Notes under the pieces: generated by a model
Told to the model about the DNA's origin: nothing
The model's input: the letters and a program-made list of their open reading frames with translations, nothing else
Databases searched by the model: none
Assembly: GCA_045639785.1 (NCBI GenBank)
Contig: JAZUDT010000002.1
Span: 4,121-68,120, forward strand
From: Acutalibacteraceae bacterium
GTDB taxonomy: Bacteria > Bacillota > Clostridia > Oscillospirales > Acutalibacteraceae
DNA: 64,000 nucleotides
Reading direction: 5' to 3'
In this document: positions 27,959 through 38,434 of the stretch, piece after piece
Layout: each line of letters begins with the position of its first letter
Position numbering within the stretch: the stretch's first letter is position 1
Position numbers and translations under genes: made by a program

Positions 27959-28523
27959 ATGCTGTTTTATCAGGGGGCGAAAAGCTTATTTTCATATTCT
28001 GCGTCAAAATTTCGATGTATTCGTCATAATCGGTTTTTCCGTCTTTTTCGACGAGCTTTCTCAGCTCGATTTCGCCAAGCGAAAGATAATACGTATAAAA
28101 CCTTGTCATATCGACGCTGCTTAGCCCCACTCCCTTTTCGGTGCTTCGGCTTTTATTATACTCTGCGGCCTTATTCTCGAAATATTCCCACGAAACACCG
28201 TCATAAATGCCGTATTTTTGCATTTCGATAAATTTCACCTTTGCCTGAGCCGCATTTTCAAGTGCTCTTTTTTCAAGAGCCTGCTGAGGTGTTATGCCGC
28301 CGTATTCGGTGCTCCAGAAGTCGGAGAAATCAGAAATATTGTATTCCTGCGAAAATTCACGCATAATATCCGCTCTGCTTCTGGAGAGGAAGAAGTCAAA
28401 TTCTTTCTGTGTTATCTCCTGAGAATTAACGTATGCATACACACTGTTTTCAGCCGTTTTTTCCGAGCACGAGCACAGAAAAAGCAATGCCGCCGCAATG
28501 AGAAACAAGCTGATTTTTTTCAT
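27957..28523 (-). CDS. lipoprotein, unknown function
   Basis: MKKISLFLIAAALLFLCSCS has a lipobox. Its start lies 2 nt from the upstream gene stop, so the two are an operon partner pair. Confidence 0.5.
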   Translation of the reverse strand: MKKISLFLIAAALLFLCSCSEKTAENSVYAYVNSQEITQKEFDFFLSRSRADIMREFSQEYNISDFSDFWSTEYGGITPQQALEKRALENAAQAKVKFIEMQKYGIYDGVSWEYFENKAAEYNKSRSTEKGVGLSSVDMTRFYTYYLSLGEIELRKLVEKDGKTDYDEYIEILTQNMKISFSPPDKTA

Positions 28524-28524
28524 G

Positions 28525-30396
28525 TTATCTTATGAAAAGGCTTCTGAAAAAGTCAATTATCGCTCTGATTATCGGGAAGTATCTGAGCGTTCTGACTGAT
28601 TTTTCGGTCTCGCCCGCGCCCTCATAGCAACCTATGTTGTGCGTATCGGTGAGTGCATTGCCGAAGAAATCGTGCTCACCCATGTTATCCTCAACCCTTA
28701 TTCCCTTTCCGATAAGGCGGGAATCCTTTGCAAGCATGAAGCTGTTTTTGTCGCCCGTGTCAGAGCCGGCAAAGCCGGGGTCGCAGACGTAATTGCCCAC
28801 TGCTCCGACGGGAACGGGCATATAGTAAAAGCAGTTGTTTCTGAATTTGTTGTTTACTCCGAGAATGAGAGAAAGAGACGAAATATACTCGTTGCCGACA
28901 AAAATATTGTTTTCAACCGTTGCGCCGCTTATAATGCCGAACACGGTGGGAGCGCAGTTGATAACGGTATTGTTATAAAACTTCAGTCCCTTCATTGACC
29001 ACGCATGGTCGCTGAAATCATATTTTTTCGACATATTGACAAAGGACATCATATTAAAGGTTCTGTTGTCGTTGACGGAGAGACAGTAGCGAACGGTGTT
29101 GCCGCTGTTGCTTGTAGTTTTATCAAACGTATTACTCTTGATAAAGCAGGAGTTATCGTGCGAATAGATATACTGATAGGTTGAATTCGTTGTCCAGCCG
29201 TCAAAATCGACAGTCATACCGTCGTAGGTGTTCTGCGTGCCGGCAATTTCACAGTTTTCAACCGTAACGTCATCGCACCAGTGCATCCAGATAGGAGCGG
29301 TGTAGCCGTCATTATGTATGCAGGTATTAATCGCCGAGCAGTTTCTGACAAGACAGCCCTTGACTGCTCCTATAATGAGTGCATCATAGCCAATATCGGT
29401 GAAGCTGATATTTTCAAAAAGAAAATCACGGTTATACGATTTTTCGGGGCTGATGAAAAACTCTTTTCTCTCTTCAATATTGTTGCCCTTTACCTGAATT
29501 CCGAGGGCGCAGTTATACATTTCAACATTCTGAACCTTTACGTTCACGAACTTCGTGCCCTGACCGCTCGTGTTGAAGAACATCGGGCGGTACGTGCTCG
29601 AATAAATCACATCGGCATCACGGTTATTGTTGAGGTCGTGGAAAACAAGATTTCTGAATGTGAGATTTTCACAGATAAGCTCTTCGGGAAGAGATGGGTC
29701 AAACAAGGGCTCGCACGGCTCCTCGTCGATATAGTCGAGCAGGTCTTCGACTGTGCCCTTTATTCCCTCAAGAGTGCCCTTGATGCTGTCGGGTATGGAC
29801 TCGATGGTTTCTCTGACTTTTTCAAGAAAGCCCTTTTCTTCTCCCGGTTCTTCGGGGATTTCCGGCTCTTCCGGCTGATTGAGAAGATAGTCGCCGAAAA
29901 GGTGGTCGGCTTTTCTTGAAGCGATATAATTTTCGATATCTTCCTCTTTTGCGTTGATTGCCATAGCGTAAATACCGCCGCCGTATTCAGCGGTAAACTC
30001 AAGATTTTCCACAATCCAGTTGCTCGCATTTACAAAAACAATGTCATGCTCTGTCGTGCCGGTGGTGAGAACCGGTCTGCCGTCGGACTCAATATCACCG
30101 TAGGACGAAAGAGTAATCGGATTTTCATCAGTTCCGCATGCCTTTGTGACAAAAAGTCCCTCATACATTCCGCCCGCCTTGAGCAGAATTTTATCTCCAG
30201 GCATAAATTCAAAATCGCTGTGCGCCGAGAGCGACTTCCAGGCAGCTTGAGCCGATGTGCCGGCGTTTGCGTCGTCACCGGAGACGCTGTCAATGTAATA
30301 GGTTGTACCCGTTTTTGCTTCAGCCGTAATACCGGCAGGGGCAAAGAGACAAAGTACAAGCGTAAGAGTGATAAACAATGAAATAATTTTCTTCAT
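28525..30396 (-). CDS. secreted right-handed parallel beta-helix repeat protein (pectate-lyase-fold)
   Basis: It has a signal peptide (MKKIISLFITLTLVLCLFAPAGITAEA). Repeated N/G/V-rich approximately 22-aa turns (NCAPTVFGIISGATVENNIFVGN, VRNCSAINTCIH...) are typical of beta-helix proteins. Confidence 0.6.
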   Translation of the reverse strand: MKKIISLFITLTLVLCLFAPAGITAEAKTGTTYYIDSVSGDDANAGTSAQAAWKSLSAHSDFEFMPGDKILLKAGGMYEGLFVTKACGTDENPITLSSYGDIESDGRPVLTTGTTEHDIVFVNASNWIVENLEFTAEYGGGIYAMAINAKEEDIENYIASRKADHLFGDYLLNQPEEPEIPEEPGEEKGFLEKVRETIESIPDSIKGTLEGIKGTVEDLLDYIDEEPCEPLFDPSLPEELICENLTFRNLVFHDLNNNRDADVIYSSTYRPMFFNTSGQGTKFVNVKVQNVEMYNCALGIQVKGNNIEERKEFFISPEKSYNRDFLFENISFTDIGYDALIIGAVKGCLVRNCSAINTCIHNDGYTAPIWMHWCDDVTVENCEIAGTQNTYDGMTVDFDGWTTNSTYQYIYSHDNSCFIKSNTFDKTTSNSGNTVRYCLSVNDNRTFNMMSFVNMSKKYDFSDHAWSMKGLKFYNNTVINCAPTVFGIISGATVENNIFVGNEYISSLSLILGVNNKFRNNCFYYMPVPVGAVGNYVCDPGFAGSDTGDKNSFMLAKDSRLIGKGIRVEDNMGEHDFFGNALTDTHNIGCYEGAGETEKSVRTLRYFPIIRAIIDFFRSLFIR

Positions 30397-30469
30397 ATCC
30401 GTTCGCCTTTCTGAAATATATTTATTTCATTGTAATACAAATTTTACCTTTTTGCAAGTATTGCATTTT

Positions 30470-31201
30470 TTATTTTTCATTAACGTAAGTTTCTATCGCC
30501 CGTGAAACAAAGTCAGCTGTTCCCGGGGAGGAAAAGCGGTCAATGTTCTCTCTGAAGCGTTCATCGCCCGAATACATCTGACCGAGCGACGAAAGTATTT
30601 CATCGGTGCATTCATAGAAATTATCGCTGATAAAGGCTTTGAGACGCACAACCTGTTTTTTCACTTCCTCGCAGTCTGCATTTCTGTCCCTCATTTCGCC
30701 AAACTCCCTGAAAATTATCATAAGTCCCTCAGAAATAAGGTCTTCTTCTGCTTCACTGCGATTTTCCGCTTTTTCAGCATATTCGCCGTATGCCTTTGTT
30801 TTTCCCCATTTTTGTTTTGCTTCCTCTCTGTAAAGCGTTTCTTCCTTTTCGTCAAATGCCGAAAAATCCATAATATCATCTCCGTTTTCACATATTTTTT
30901 CCGCAAGCTCAATAACGGCATCGAGACGTTTTCTTTTTGCCTTGAGCATCTGAAGCTGCTCTTTGATAAGGGCATCAATGTCGTTTCTTTCGCTGTGCAT
31001 TACTGTTTTAATCTCTTCGAGTGTGAAGCCGAGCTCCTTGAAAATCAAAATCGTTCTCAGACTTTTAAGCGACTCATCGTCATAGAGACGGTAGCCCGAT
31101 TCGGTTATCTCCGCAGGTCTGAGCAGTCCTTTTTTATCATAGTATCTCAGCGTTCTTACGCTCACCGACGAAATTTTGCTTATTTCTCCGACAGTTTTCA
31201 T
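30470..31201 (-). CDS. MerR-family transcriptional regulator with TipAS-like C-terminal domain
   Basis: MKTVGEISKISSVSVRTLRYYDKKGLLRP HTH and an LYDDESL coiled-coil linker. The 243-aa length is consistent with the TipA/Mta class. Confidence 0.8.
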   Translation of the reverse strand: MKTVGEISKISSVSVRTLRYYDKKGLLRPAEITESGYRLYDDESLKSLRTILIFKELGFTLEEIKTVMHSERNDIDALIKEQLQMLKAKRKRLDAVIELAEKICENGDDIMDFSAFDEKEETLYREEAKQKWGKTKAYGEYAEKAENRSEAEEDLISEGLMIIFREFGEMRDRNADCEEVKKQVVRLKAFISDNFYECTDEILSSLGQMYSGDERFRENIDRFSSPGTADFVSRAIETYVNEK

Positions 31202-31403
31202 TTTTTCACCTCCTCTGTGTTAAATATAAACCGTGACGTAACGTCAGTGTCAATGATTTGATGAAGATATTTTCAAAAAATGCGAATTTGTGCATAATCA
31301 TACTAATATGCGGCAGTATTGTGCTATTTCAGAGGCGAGTGCAAAAGGTATAATTAGTAAAACAATATAATATGGATTTTTATGTCGTATATCGGAGGAA
31401 AAC

Positions 31404-32510
31404 ATGAAGAAAAAGAAAGTACTTATCATCATTGCCGTCACGCTTGCTGTTTTAATCGTCGGCGGCGCAGTAACGGCTTATTCGCTTCTCTCACACCCGC
31501 TCAGCTGTGATATTGACACCATAGAGAGCATCGGCTCTGATGTTGAAATTGTCAGTGAGGGCGACGACTTTGTGTCGGTCAGAAAAAAGTCCGGCGGCGA
31601 TTTCAGGGTACTGATGTTCACCGATTTGCACCTTGACGAAAAAATTGACACCTCGAATATGACCGTCACAAACCTTATCTCAAACATACAGAAAGAAAAA
31701 CCCGACCTTGTTCTTCTCGGCGGTGACAATATCACGTCTTATTTCAACAAAAAAAGGTCGGCTCAGCTTGCGATGATATTTGAAAAGCTCGGAGTTTACT
31801 GGGCGGGAGTTCTCGGCAATCACGAGGGCGACAATCCTCTCTCTGTCAGCAGAAGCAAAATGATTGATATTTTCTCCTCTTATGAGCACTGCCTCATGCG
31901 CAAGGGAAAAAGCGGTGTTGACGGAAACGGAAATTATGTGCTGAGCATTCTTCGCTCCGACAGCTCAATTCAGGAAAGCTTTTTCTTCATGGACACTATG
32001 GACGAAATGTCAAAAAAGCAGAAAAAGCAATACGGTATTCCCGTGAGCGAAAGCAAATATGACGGCGTTAAAGAGTCGCAGGTGTGCTGGTACTCCGAAA
32101 CTCTCGAAAGCATGAAAAAGGAGAGCGGAGATTTCAGCTCCGTCGTTATTATTCATATTCCCCTGCCGCAGTATAAAACAGCGGCGGAAAAAGGAAACAC
32201 TTTCGTCTACGGTGATATGCGTGAGACAATATGCTCTTCCGGCTTTGACAGCGGACTTTTTTCCGCTATAAAGAAAGGCGGCTCGACAAAAGCGGTGTTC
32301 TGCGGTCACGACCACGTCAACAATTTCGGCGTTATGTATGACGACATTCTTCTCAGCTATATTCAGCCCTCCGGCTACGGCTCATACACGGCGGCAAGTA
32401 AGCTCGGCTATGAAGAAAAGGACTGGCTTCAGGGCTACACGGCTCTCACTGTTCACGACAACGGCTCTTTAACTCAGACACAGTACAGAAACAGCGAGAA
32501 TATTAAATGA
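31404..32510 (+). CDS. membrane-anchored metallophosphoesterase
   Basis: N-terminal TM helix, then calcineurin-like motifs DLH, GGDN, GNHEGD and GHDH. Confidence 0.75.
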   Translation: MKKKKVLIIIAVTLAVLIVGGAVTAYSLLSHPLSCDIDTIESIGSDVEIVSEGDDFVSVRKKSGGDFRVLMFTDLHLDEKIDTSNMTVTNLISNIQKEKPDLVLLGGDNITSYFNKKRSAQLAMIFEKLGVYWAGVLGNHEGDNPLSVSRSKMIDIFSSYEHCLMRKGKSGVDGNGNYVLSILRSDSSIQESFFFMDTMDEMSKKQKKQYGIPVSESKYDGVKESQVCWYSETLESMKKESGDFSSVVIIHIPLPQYKTAAEKGNTFVYGDMRETICSSGFDSGLFSAIKKGGSTKAVFCGHDHVNNFGVMYDDILLSYIQPSGYGSYTAASKLGYEEKDWLQGYTALTVHDNGSLTQTQYRNSENIK

Positions 32511-32550
32511 AAACACATCTCATAAAAACTCAGCTTAAGGAGGATGCACA

Positions 32551-34026
32551 ATGGCAGGCATTTCCACGCTGAAAGAAAAATTCAGCGCATACGTCAGGGA
32601 ATCCGAATTCACGCCAAAGGAGCAGTTCGGCTATTCGGCGGCTACCTTCGGCAACGCAATGGCTCAGGACTCGGTTGAAACCTATTCCGAGATGTTTATC
32701 ATCGACGATATGGGACTGGGCGCAAACGCACCGAAATACACCCTCACTCTCAAGGCGATAACAAAGGGGCTCAACATCATCACCGCCCCCGTTGTCGGTT
32801 ACCTTTTAGACCAAAGCAAGCCCGGTCAGAACAGAAGTCTCAAACTCATGATTTATTCTTCTATCCCTATGGCTATCTCGTCCGTGCTCGTTTTCGTTGT
32901 TCCCCCCGCCTCGGTGACTTTCAAGATAATCTGGGTGTTTTTGCTCTATCTTCTCTTCAATGTTTTTGACACATTTTTTGATATTTCATTACTTGCCCTG
33001 TCGACAAGGCTCTCCGGCGGAGAAAAATCAAGGAGTGCTCTTTTCACTATTTCAAACTTCGCTTCTTCACTCGGCTCAATGCTCCCCGGATTTGTCTTTC
33101 CACTGATAATAGGCAACCGCAAAGGCGATATTGACGCCGAAAGAAAAGCATATTTTCTGATTGCTCTGATTTTCGGCATTCTCGGTCTTATTTCAATGCT
33201 GATACCGAGTCTCGGACTTAAGGAGAAGAACATTCTGTTTTCCGGCACGAGAAAAAAGAAAGCGTCGATAGATTTCAAGCTCATTCTTCTCAACCGTCCG
33301 CTTCTTCTCCTCTGTCTCTCGCAGACGATTGATTCCATCCGTCAGGTCTGCTACGGTGCACTGCCGTATTTCTATAAATACACTCTCGGCAAATTCACTC
33401 TCAAGCCCTTTGTTGAAATGTGCAGCGGCACTCTGTCATATCTCGGACTTGCCTCACTTCCATTTGTCAGCAAAAAAATCAGCCCGAGAAGCGTGGTTGC
33501 ATACGGATATCTTTACACGGGAATTATCTATATTCTTCTCGGACTGCTCGGATATAAGAATCAGTACATTGTCGCCGTTCTAATTGCGATAGGCGGTATG
33601 CCCAACTATGCTATGGGCGCGGCGAGAAAGATAATTCTTGCCGATTCTGTGGATTACATGGAGTGGAAAACATATAAAAAATACGGCGTTTCAATGAGAA
33701 ACGAGGGTATGATTTTTGCATTCAATATTCTCTGTTCAAGAATAGCAACGCTGTGGAAAGACCTGCTTTTCACCGCCGGCCTCATTCTTATCGGCTACAA
33801 GGGCGCGGAAACAATCGGCACGGAGACTGCCGCCGCAGTTCAGACACCCGAAACGCTGAAAGGAATTTTCTGGCTTGTGGTAATACCCGGAATAATCGGA
33901 AATATAATACCCGGATTAATAATGCTTTTTGATAATTTCACGGGCGAAAGACGTGAATCAATTATGAGCGAGCTCAAGGAAATAAGAGCTATAACCGTTC
34001 AACAGGCTGAGGAGGAAAATATATGA
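32551..34026 (+). CDS. GPH/MFS-family transporter
   Basis: 491-aa polytopic protein related in layout to the 26210 transporter. Both contain the motif DSVDYMEWKT / DTVDYMEWKT. Confidence 0.7.
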   Translation: MAGISTLKEKFSAYVRESEFTPKEQFGYSAATFGNAMAQDSVETYSEMFIIDDMGLGANAPKYTLTLKAITKGLNIITAPVVGYLLDQSKPGQNRSLKLMIYSSIPMAISSVLVFVVPPASVTFKIIWVFLLYLLFNVFDTFFDISLLALSTRLSGGEKSRSALFTISNFASSLGSMLPGFVFPLIIGNRKGDIDAERKAYFLIALIFGILGLISMLIPSLGLKEKNILFSGTRKKKASIDFKLILLNRPLLLLCLSQTIDSIRQVCYGALPYFYKYTLGKFTLKPFVEMCSGTLSYLGLASLPFVSKKISPRSVVAYGYLYTGIIYILLGLLGYKNQYIVAVLIAIGGMPNYAMGAARKIILADSVDYMEWKTYKKYGVSMRNEGMIFAFNILCSRIATLWKDLLFTAGLILIGYKGAETIGTETAAAVQTPETLKGIFWLVVIPGIIGNIIPGLIMLFDNFTGERRESIMSELKEIRAITVQQAEEENI

Positions 34027-34982
34027 AAGCTAAAGGTATTGCAATGACAGCATTCGCAGGAGCGGCGGCACACATCGGCTTTTCGTTTTACACATTCTAT
34101 GAGGTGTTCGGAAGAAATGCAAAGCTCCCCGGAATGGTTGACAGAAGCATAAAAGAAAAAAAGAACGCCGGTGCAAACAAGCAAACGGATTTACGCTCCG
34201 AGTGGATGCACGAACAGACGTTTACGGAATACACAATCAAAAACGACAGAGGCGAGGCTCTTCGGGGATATTATCTCAAGGCTGAAAAAGAAAGCCGAAA
34301 CTTTGTTCTCTGCTCTCACGGCTACCGAAGCAGAGGAAAGGGCGAATTTCGTTTCATAGCGAAATTTTATCACGACAACGGCTACAATGTTTTTCTCGTT
34401 GACCACACCGCCGCCGGTGAGAGTGAGGGAGAGTTCATAAGCTTCGGTCACTATGAAAGCGCAGACCTGCTTCTGTGGGCTGAATTTCTCAACAAGACCT
34501 TCGGTGACGACATCAATATCATTCTTCACGGCGTTTCAATGGGCTGTGCAACGGTTCTGCTTCTTGCCGGAAAAGAAGAGCTGCCCGAAAACGTCAGATT
34601 CGTTATTTCCGACTGCGGATACACAAGTGCTCTTGCGCAGTTCAAGAGTGTGCTTGACAAAAATCATGTTCCGTCATACCTTTTGATTAAAACGGTTGAC
34701 ATGATAAACAAAGTGAAATGCGGATTTTCTTTCGCCGAGGTCGTACCTGTTGAAGCGGTGAAAAAAATAAAGATTCCCGTGCTCTTCATACACGGGGATA
34801 AGGATTCGCTTGTGCCGACCTATATGGCAAAGGAAATGTATGATGCGTGCAACAGCGAAAAGGAGCTTTTCATCGTCGAGGGAGCGGACCACGCAGAAAG
34901 CTACCGCATAAACAGCGCGGGATATGAGGAAAAGATACTTTCATTCACTGAAAAATATATAACCGCAAAAGAAAATAAATAA
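34023..34982 (+). CDS. alpha/beta hydrolase (serine hydrolase)
   Basis: Nucleophile elbow HGVSMGCAT (GxSxG), with C-terminal HGDKDSLV and GADH blocks. It overlaps the transporter stop by 4 nt. Confidence 0.75.
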   Translation: MKAKGIAMTAFAGAAAHIGFSFYTFYEVFGRNAKLPGMVDRSIKEKKNAGANKQTDLRSEWMHEQTFTEYTIKNDRGEALRGYYLKAEKESRNFVLCSHGYRSRGKGEFRFIAKFYHDNGYNVFLVDHTAAGESEGEFISFGHYESADLLLWAEFLNKTFGDDINIILHGVSMGCATVLLLAGKEELPENVRFVISDCGYTSALAQFKSVLDKNHVPSYLLIKTVDMINKVKCGFSFAEVVPVEAVKKIKIPVLFIHGDKDSLVPTYMAKEMYDACNSEKELFIVEGADHAESYRINSAGYEEKILSFTEKYITAKENK

Positions 34983-35002
34983 GCTCAGCGGCACAGAATA
35001 TA

Positions 35003-35047
35003 AAGCCGGACAACACACTTTTTTGTATGCTGTCCGGTTTATTTTGA
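35003..35047. terminator. terminator between convergent genes
   Basis: The aagccggaca / tgtccggttt stem is followed by attttg. Confidence 0.6.
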
Positions 35048-35051
35048 TGCT

Positions 35052-35759
35052 TCAAAACTCGGGGTGCCCCTCCCCGTTTCTGTAAGCCTGCATAATATCT
35101 CTGAAAATCTCTCCGTTTGCCGGCGGTGTCCACGATATTGCATTAGCTCCGGCGTCTATCGTCTCGGCTATGCTCTCGTCGGTGGGACCTCCCGTTGCGA
35201 GAATGGGCACCTGCGGAAACTTATTTCGTATTTTTCTCACTATTTCGGGCGTATTCGCTCCGCCGGAAACATTGAGAATCTGCGCCCCCGCTTCGAGCCT
35301 CTCGCCCACGTTACAGTTTTCAGATACCACCGTCACAATCACGGGAATATCTATTGAGCGGCTGAGCTGACTTATAACCTCGTTCTGCGTCGGGGCATTG
35401 ACGACAACACCGAGTGCTCCCTGATGCTCTGCATGCATACCGAGTTCAATAACTCTCGCCCCCTGCGTCAGACCTCCGCCGACACCGACAAACACGGGCG
35501 ATTCCGCCGCAAGCATTATCGACTGTGTAATAACCGGCTGAGGCGTGAACGGATAGACGGCTATGACTGCGTCTGCGTTTACATTTCTGATGATACAGAC
35601 GTCCGTCGAAAACACCACCGATTTTATACGTCTGCCCAGCACAATAATTCCGCTCGCCCTTTCTATTTCGGCGGGTACGCTCAACCGGAATTTTCTCAGT
35701 GTGCCCTGAATTTCGGGTATAAACTGTTCTGCCATAATTTTCAACTCCTTTATTTTCAT
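35052..35759 (-). CDS. conserved hypothetical, probable phosphate-binding TIM-barrel protein
   Basis: 235 aa with alternating beta/alpha character and glycine-rich loops (VGVGGGLTQG, ILATGGPTD). I do not recognise the family precisely. Confidence 0.3.
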   Translation of the reverse strand: MKIKELKIMAEQFIPEIQGTLRKFRLSVPAEIERASGIIVLGRRIKSVVFSTDVCIIRNVNADAVIAVYPFTPQPVITQSIMLAAESPVFVGVGGGLTQGARVIELGMHAEHQGALGVVVNAPTQNEVISQLSRSIDIPVIVTVVSENCNVGERLEAGAQILNVSGGANTPEIVRKIRNKFPQVPILATGGPTDESIAETIDAGANAISWTPPANGEIFRDIMQAYRNGEGHPEF

Positions 35760-35858
35760 TCATTTTATCACAAACTATGGTAAAAATTTGTTGTTATCAG
35801 GTAAATTTTTACTGAATAAGTGATATAATATTATTAAAATAAATTTGGGAGGATTAAA

Positions 35859-36362
35859 ATGTTTCGTGAAATCAGAATAAAAGAGCTTAAAGAAAGCCCT
35901 GTCGAGCTTTTTGACTCACGCTGGGGGCTTCTTTCGGCGGGCACAGAAGAAAAATACAACATGATGACAATATCGTGGGGTATGCTCGGAGAGCTGTGGG
36001 GGAAGGAGGTCTGCACCGTCTTTGTCAGACCTCAGCGATACACCTATAAATTCACTGAAAACGGCAGTCACTTTACGGTCAGTTTCTTTCCGAAAAGTAT
36101 GAAAAAGGCACTCTCACTGTGCGGGACAAAAAGCGGAAGAAACATCGACAAGGCAAAAGAAGCCGGACTTTCGCCGCATTTTTGCGGAAAGTATCTCGTT
36201 TATGACGAAGCCGAAATCGTCATCTGCTGTAAAAAGCTGTACGCTCAGAAAATCGACGCAGAGTGCTTCACCGAAAAAGATATTGACAAAGAAATATATT
36301 CTCAGAAGGATTATCACACCGTTTATGTGTGCGAAATCGAAAAGGTGCTGATGAATAACTGA
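35859..36362 (+). CDS. flavin reductase-like domain protein
   Basis: The N-terminal pattern LFDSRWGLLSAGTEEKYNMMTISWGMLGELWGKEVCTVFVRPQRYT is typical of the flavin-reductase-like (FMN-binding split barrel) family. Confidence 0.6.
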   Translation: MFREIRIKELKESPVELFDSRWGLLSAGTEEKYNMMTISWGMLGELWGKEVCTVFVRPQRYTYKFTENGSHFTVSFFPKSMKKALSLCGTKSGRNIDKAKEAGLSPHFCGKYLVYDEAEIVICCKKLYAQKIDAECFTEKDIDKEIYSQKDYHTVYVCEIEKVLMNN

Positions 36363-36372
36363 ATGACAAAAA

Positions 36373-36399
36373 ACAGCAGAGACGAAACATCTCTGCTGT
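36373..36399. terminator. bidirectional terminator
   Basis: The acagcagag / ctctgctgt stem lies between the convergent flavin reductase and rpsR genes, with an A/T-rich tail. Confidence 0.6.
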
Positions 36400-36415
36400 A
36401 ATTTATTATTGATTA

Positions 36416-36670
36416 TTATTCTGCAACATAAGGCAGTAATGCAACATTTCTTGCACGCTTGATAGCAACTGTGAGCTCTCTCTGATGCTTTGCGCAAGTG
36501 CCTGTTACACGGCGGGGAAGGATTTTAGCTCTGTCAGAAGTGAACTTTCTGAGCTTAGCAATATCCTTGTAGTCGATTTCTTCGACCTTGTCAACGCAAA
36601 ATGCGCAAACCTTCTTGTGGGGCTTTCTTGCACCCTGGCGAACCGGTCTGTCGCTCTTTTCGTATGCCAT
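36416..36670 (-). CDS. rpsR: 30S ribosomal protein S18
   Basis: The [63 protein letters not shown] signature. Confidence 0.95.
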   Translation of the reverse strand: MAYEKSDRPVRQGARKPHKKVCAFCVDKVEEIDYKDIAKLRKFTSDRAKILPRRVTGTCAKHQRELTVAIKRARNVALLPYVAE

Positions 36671-36702
36671 GAGAATATCCTCCTTGTAAATTTCAGTTTG
36701 AA

Positions 36703-37125
36703 TCAGAACGGTAAATCTTCCTCATCGGGTATTTCTTCAAAATCAGAGGCGTTAGCCGTCTGGTATGCGGGAGCTGTTGCGCCCGCCGAAGCGGTACCCG
36801 TTTCGGATTTTGAGCCGCAGAAGCTTGCTCTGTCAGCGACTACCTCAGTGGTATAGACTCTGTTGCCGTTCTTGTCATCGTATGAGCCGGTCTGGATTGA
36901 GCCGGTGATGGCAATCATGGAGCCCTTTTTGAAGTAGCGGCAGATAAATTCAGCCTGCTGTCTCCAGGCGAGGATTCTGATAAAATCAGCCTGTCTTTCT
37001 TCTCCGTTCCTGACGTAGGCACGGTCAACCGCTATTGTGAAGCGGGTCGTGCTGATGCCCGAAGTCGTTGTTCTGAGTTCGGGGTCGGCGGTAAGTCTGC
37101 CCATTAAAACGACATTGTTAATCAT
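36703..37125 (-). CDS. ssb: single-stranded DNA-binding protein
   Basis: OB-fold N-terminus [18 protein letters not shown] and an acidic C-terminal tip DEEDLPF, located between rpsF and rpsR. Confidence 0.95.
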   Translation of the reverse strand: MINNVVLMGRLTADPELRTTTSGISTTRFTIAVDRAYVRNGEERQADFIRILAWRQQAEFICRYFKKGSMIAITGSIQTGSYDDKNGNRVYTTEVVADRASFCGSKSETGTASAGATAPAYQTANASDFEEIPDEEDLPF

Positions 37126-37139
37126 TGAAACGAACCTCC

Positions 37140-37421
37140 TTATGCCTTCTTGACTGTCTGTAAGCGAAGTACGCCTTCTGTGATGTTTGCCACACGGTCA
37201 AGCTCTGCCGGGAATGTGGCTTCGCTCTCGAATGTGATGACAACATAGTAGCCGTCCGGCTCATAGTTGATGGGATATGCGAGCTTGCGCTTGCCCCAGT
37301 CATCGACATTGGCAATAGTGCCGTTTGCCTCGATAAGAGCCTTGAACTTCTCGACCAGAGCCTGTGTCTTTTCTTCGCCTTCTGCAACTGAAATAACGAT
37401 CATGGTCTCATAGTTTGTCAT
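37140..37421 (-). CDS. rpsF: 30S ribosomal protein S6
   Basis: MTNYETMIVISV...WGKRKLAYPI... signature. First gene of rpsF-ssb-rpsR. Confidence 0.95.
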   Translation of the reverse strand: MTNYETMIVISVAEGEEKTQALVEKFKALIEANGTIANVDDWGKRKLAYPINYEPDGYYVVITFESEATFPAELDRVANITEGVLRLQTVKKA

Positions 37422-37503
37422 AATTTAAGCACCTCCTTCTGGACTTTGGCCCCGCCAGCTTTTGCGGAGCAAGGTTGCTGTACAGATATTTACAGCGGTA
37501 CAA

Positions 37504-37532
37504 ATTATAACAACTGTAAGACATTTTGTCAA
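37504..37532 (-). promoter_or_regulatory. sigma-A promoter of rpsF-ssb-rpsR
   Basis: The minus strand reads TTGACA-17 nt-TATAAT (tgtcaa at 37527-37532, attata at 37504-37509). The roughly 80-nt leader could hold the S6:S18 autoregulatory structure, but I did not verify this. Confidence 0.75.
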
Positions 37533-37631
37533 GGATTTTTTTCAAAAGAGTAAAAAACGCTAAAAAATAAATTCCCAAGTAAATCCCGCACCGAAAAAAA
37601 GCGTGAATTACATTGGGAATTTAAAGGTTTC

Positions 37632-38042
37632 TCAGCTCAGAATCACAAACTGAATACTGCACGGCAGATATACGGAATTTGTGTTTGAGTCGGATTTTAT
37701 TTCACCGCATACCGCCTCATCGGGTTTATAGTAAGTACTGTCGTCGAGGGCGGATAAAATAACCGAAAAAAGCTCAAGAAGCTTTGACGGATTGCCGCTC
37801 TCGGAGCAGTGAATATTTATTCCCACCTTATAGGTCGTCTGCTTCGTGTAGCTTGTGTAATCGTCTCGGTAGGGAATAACGCTGACCTTTATGGGGTTGA
37901 GCAGAACATAGGTCTTGACCAGGGGGTTCGGTATTGCGTTTTTCTGATACGAAAGCCTGACCTCGGTAAAGGTATGGTCAATGCCCTCATAGGTATCGAT
38001 GAGCTCTTTTATCGCTTCAATAATGCTTTCAATAACAACCAT
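37632..38042 (-). CDS. phage hypothetical protein (position of a head-tail joining/neck protein)
   Basis: 136-aa ORF whose start overlaps the upstream stop by 1 nt. It is the last gene of the module. No recognisable motif. Confidence 0.4.
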   Translation of the reverse strand: MVVIESIIEAIKELIDTYEGIDHTFTEVRLSYQKNAIPNPLVKTYVLLNPIKVSVIPYRDDYTSYTKQTTYKVGINIHCSESGNPSKLLELFSVILSALDDSTYYKPDEAVCGEIKSDSNTNSVYLPCSIQFVILS

Positions 38043-38434
38043 TAACCGACCGCACCTCCTCCGGGTTCATTCCCCTCGTCATTGTCTTCGCCGAGAGTTA
38101 CCGGTCTTATTATCGCCCACACGTATATATCTTTTCCGCCGACATTGTGTTTTTCAGCTCTGTAAACAAGATAGGATTCCTCGCCTATGTACAGAATAGT
38201 GAACACCCCGTCCACACCCGATATATCAATATCCGGCGGACCTATGTAGAGATAATAGTCCTCCCTGTTTTTTCCTATTTCGGTATATTTCCCCCTGAGA
38301 TAGAGCTTGTTTTTGTATCTGAGAGGCTGAATAAACGCCTTAAAATTGTATATTGTCGATTCTTCCCCTATTATTTTAAGCTTTGCTTTCTGCCCGTATT
38401 TTTCAAAAAGCTTTTCCGTTTTCATATACTCCAC
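38042..38434 (-). CDS. phage head-closure / head-tail adaptor-like protein
   Basis: 130 aa, with size, position after the connector and beta-rich sequence like SPP1 gp16/HK97-type head-closure proteins. The assignment rests mainly on synteny. Confidence 0.45.
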   Translation of the reverse strand: MEYMKTEKLFEKYGQKAKLKIIGEESTIYNFKAFIQPLRYKNKLYLRGKYTEIGKNREDYYLYIGPPDIDISGVDGVFTILYIGEESYLVYRAEKHNVGGKDIYVWAIIRPVTLGEDNDEGNEPGGGAVG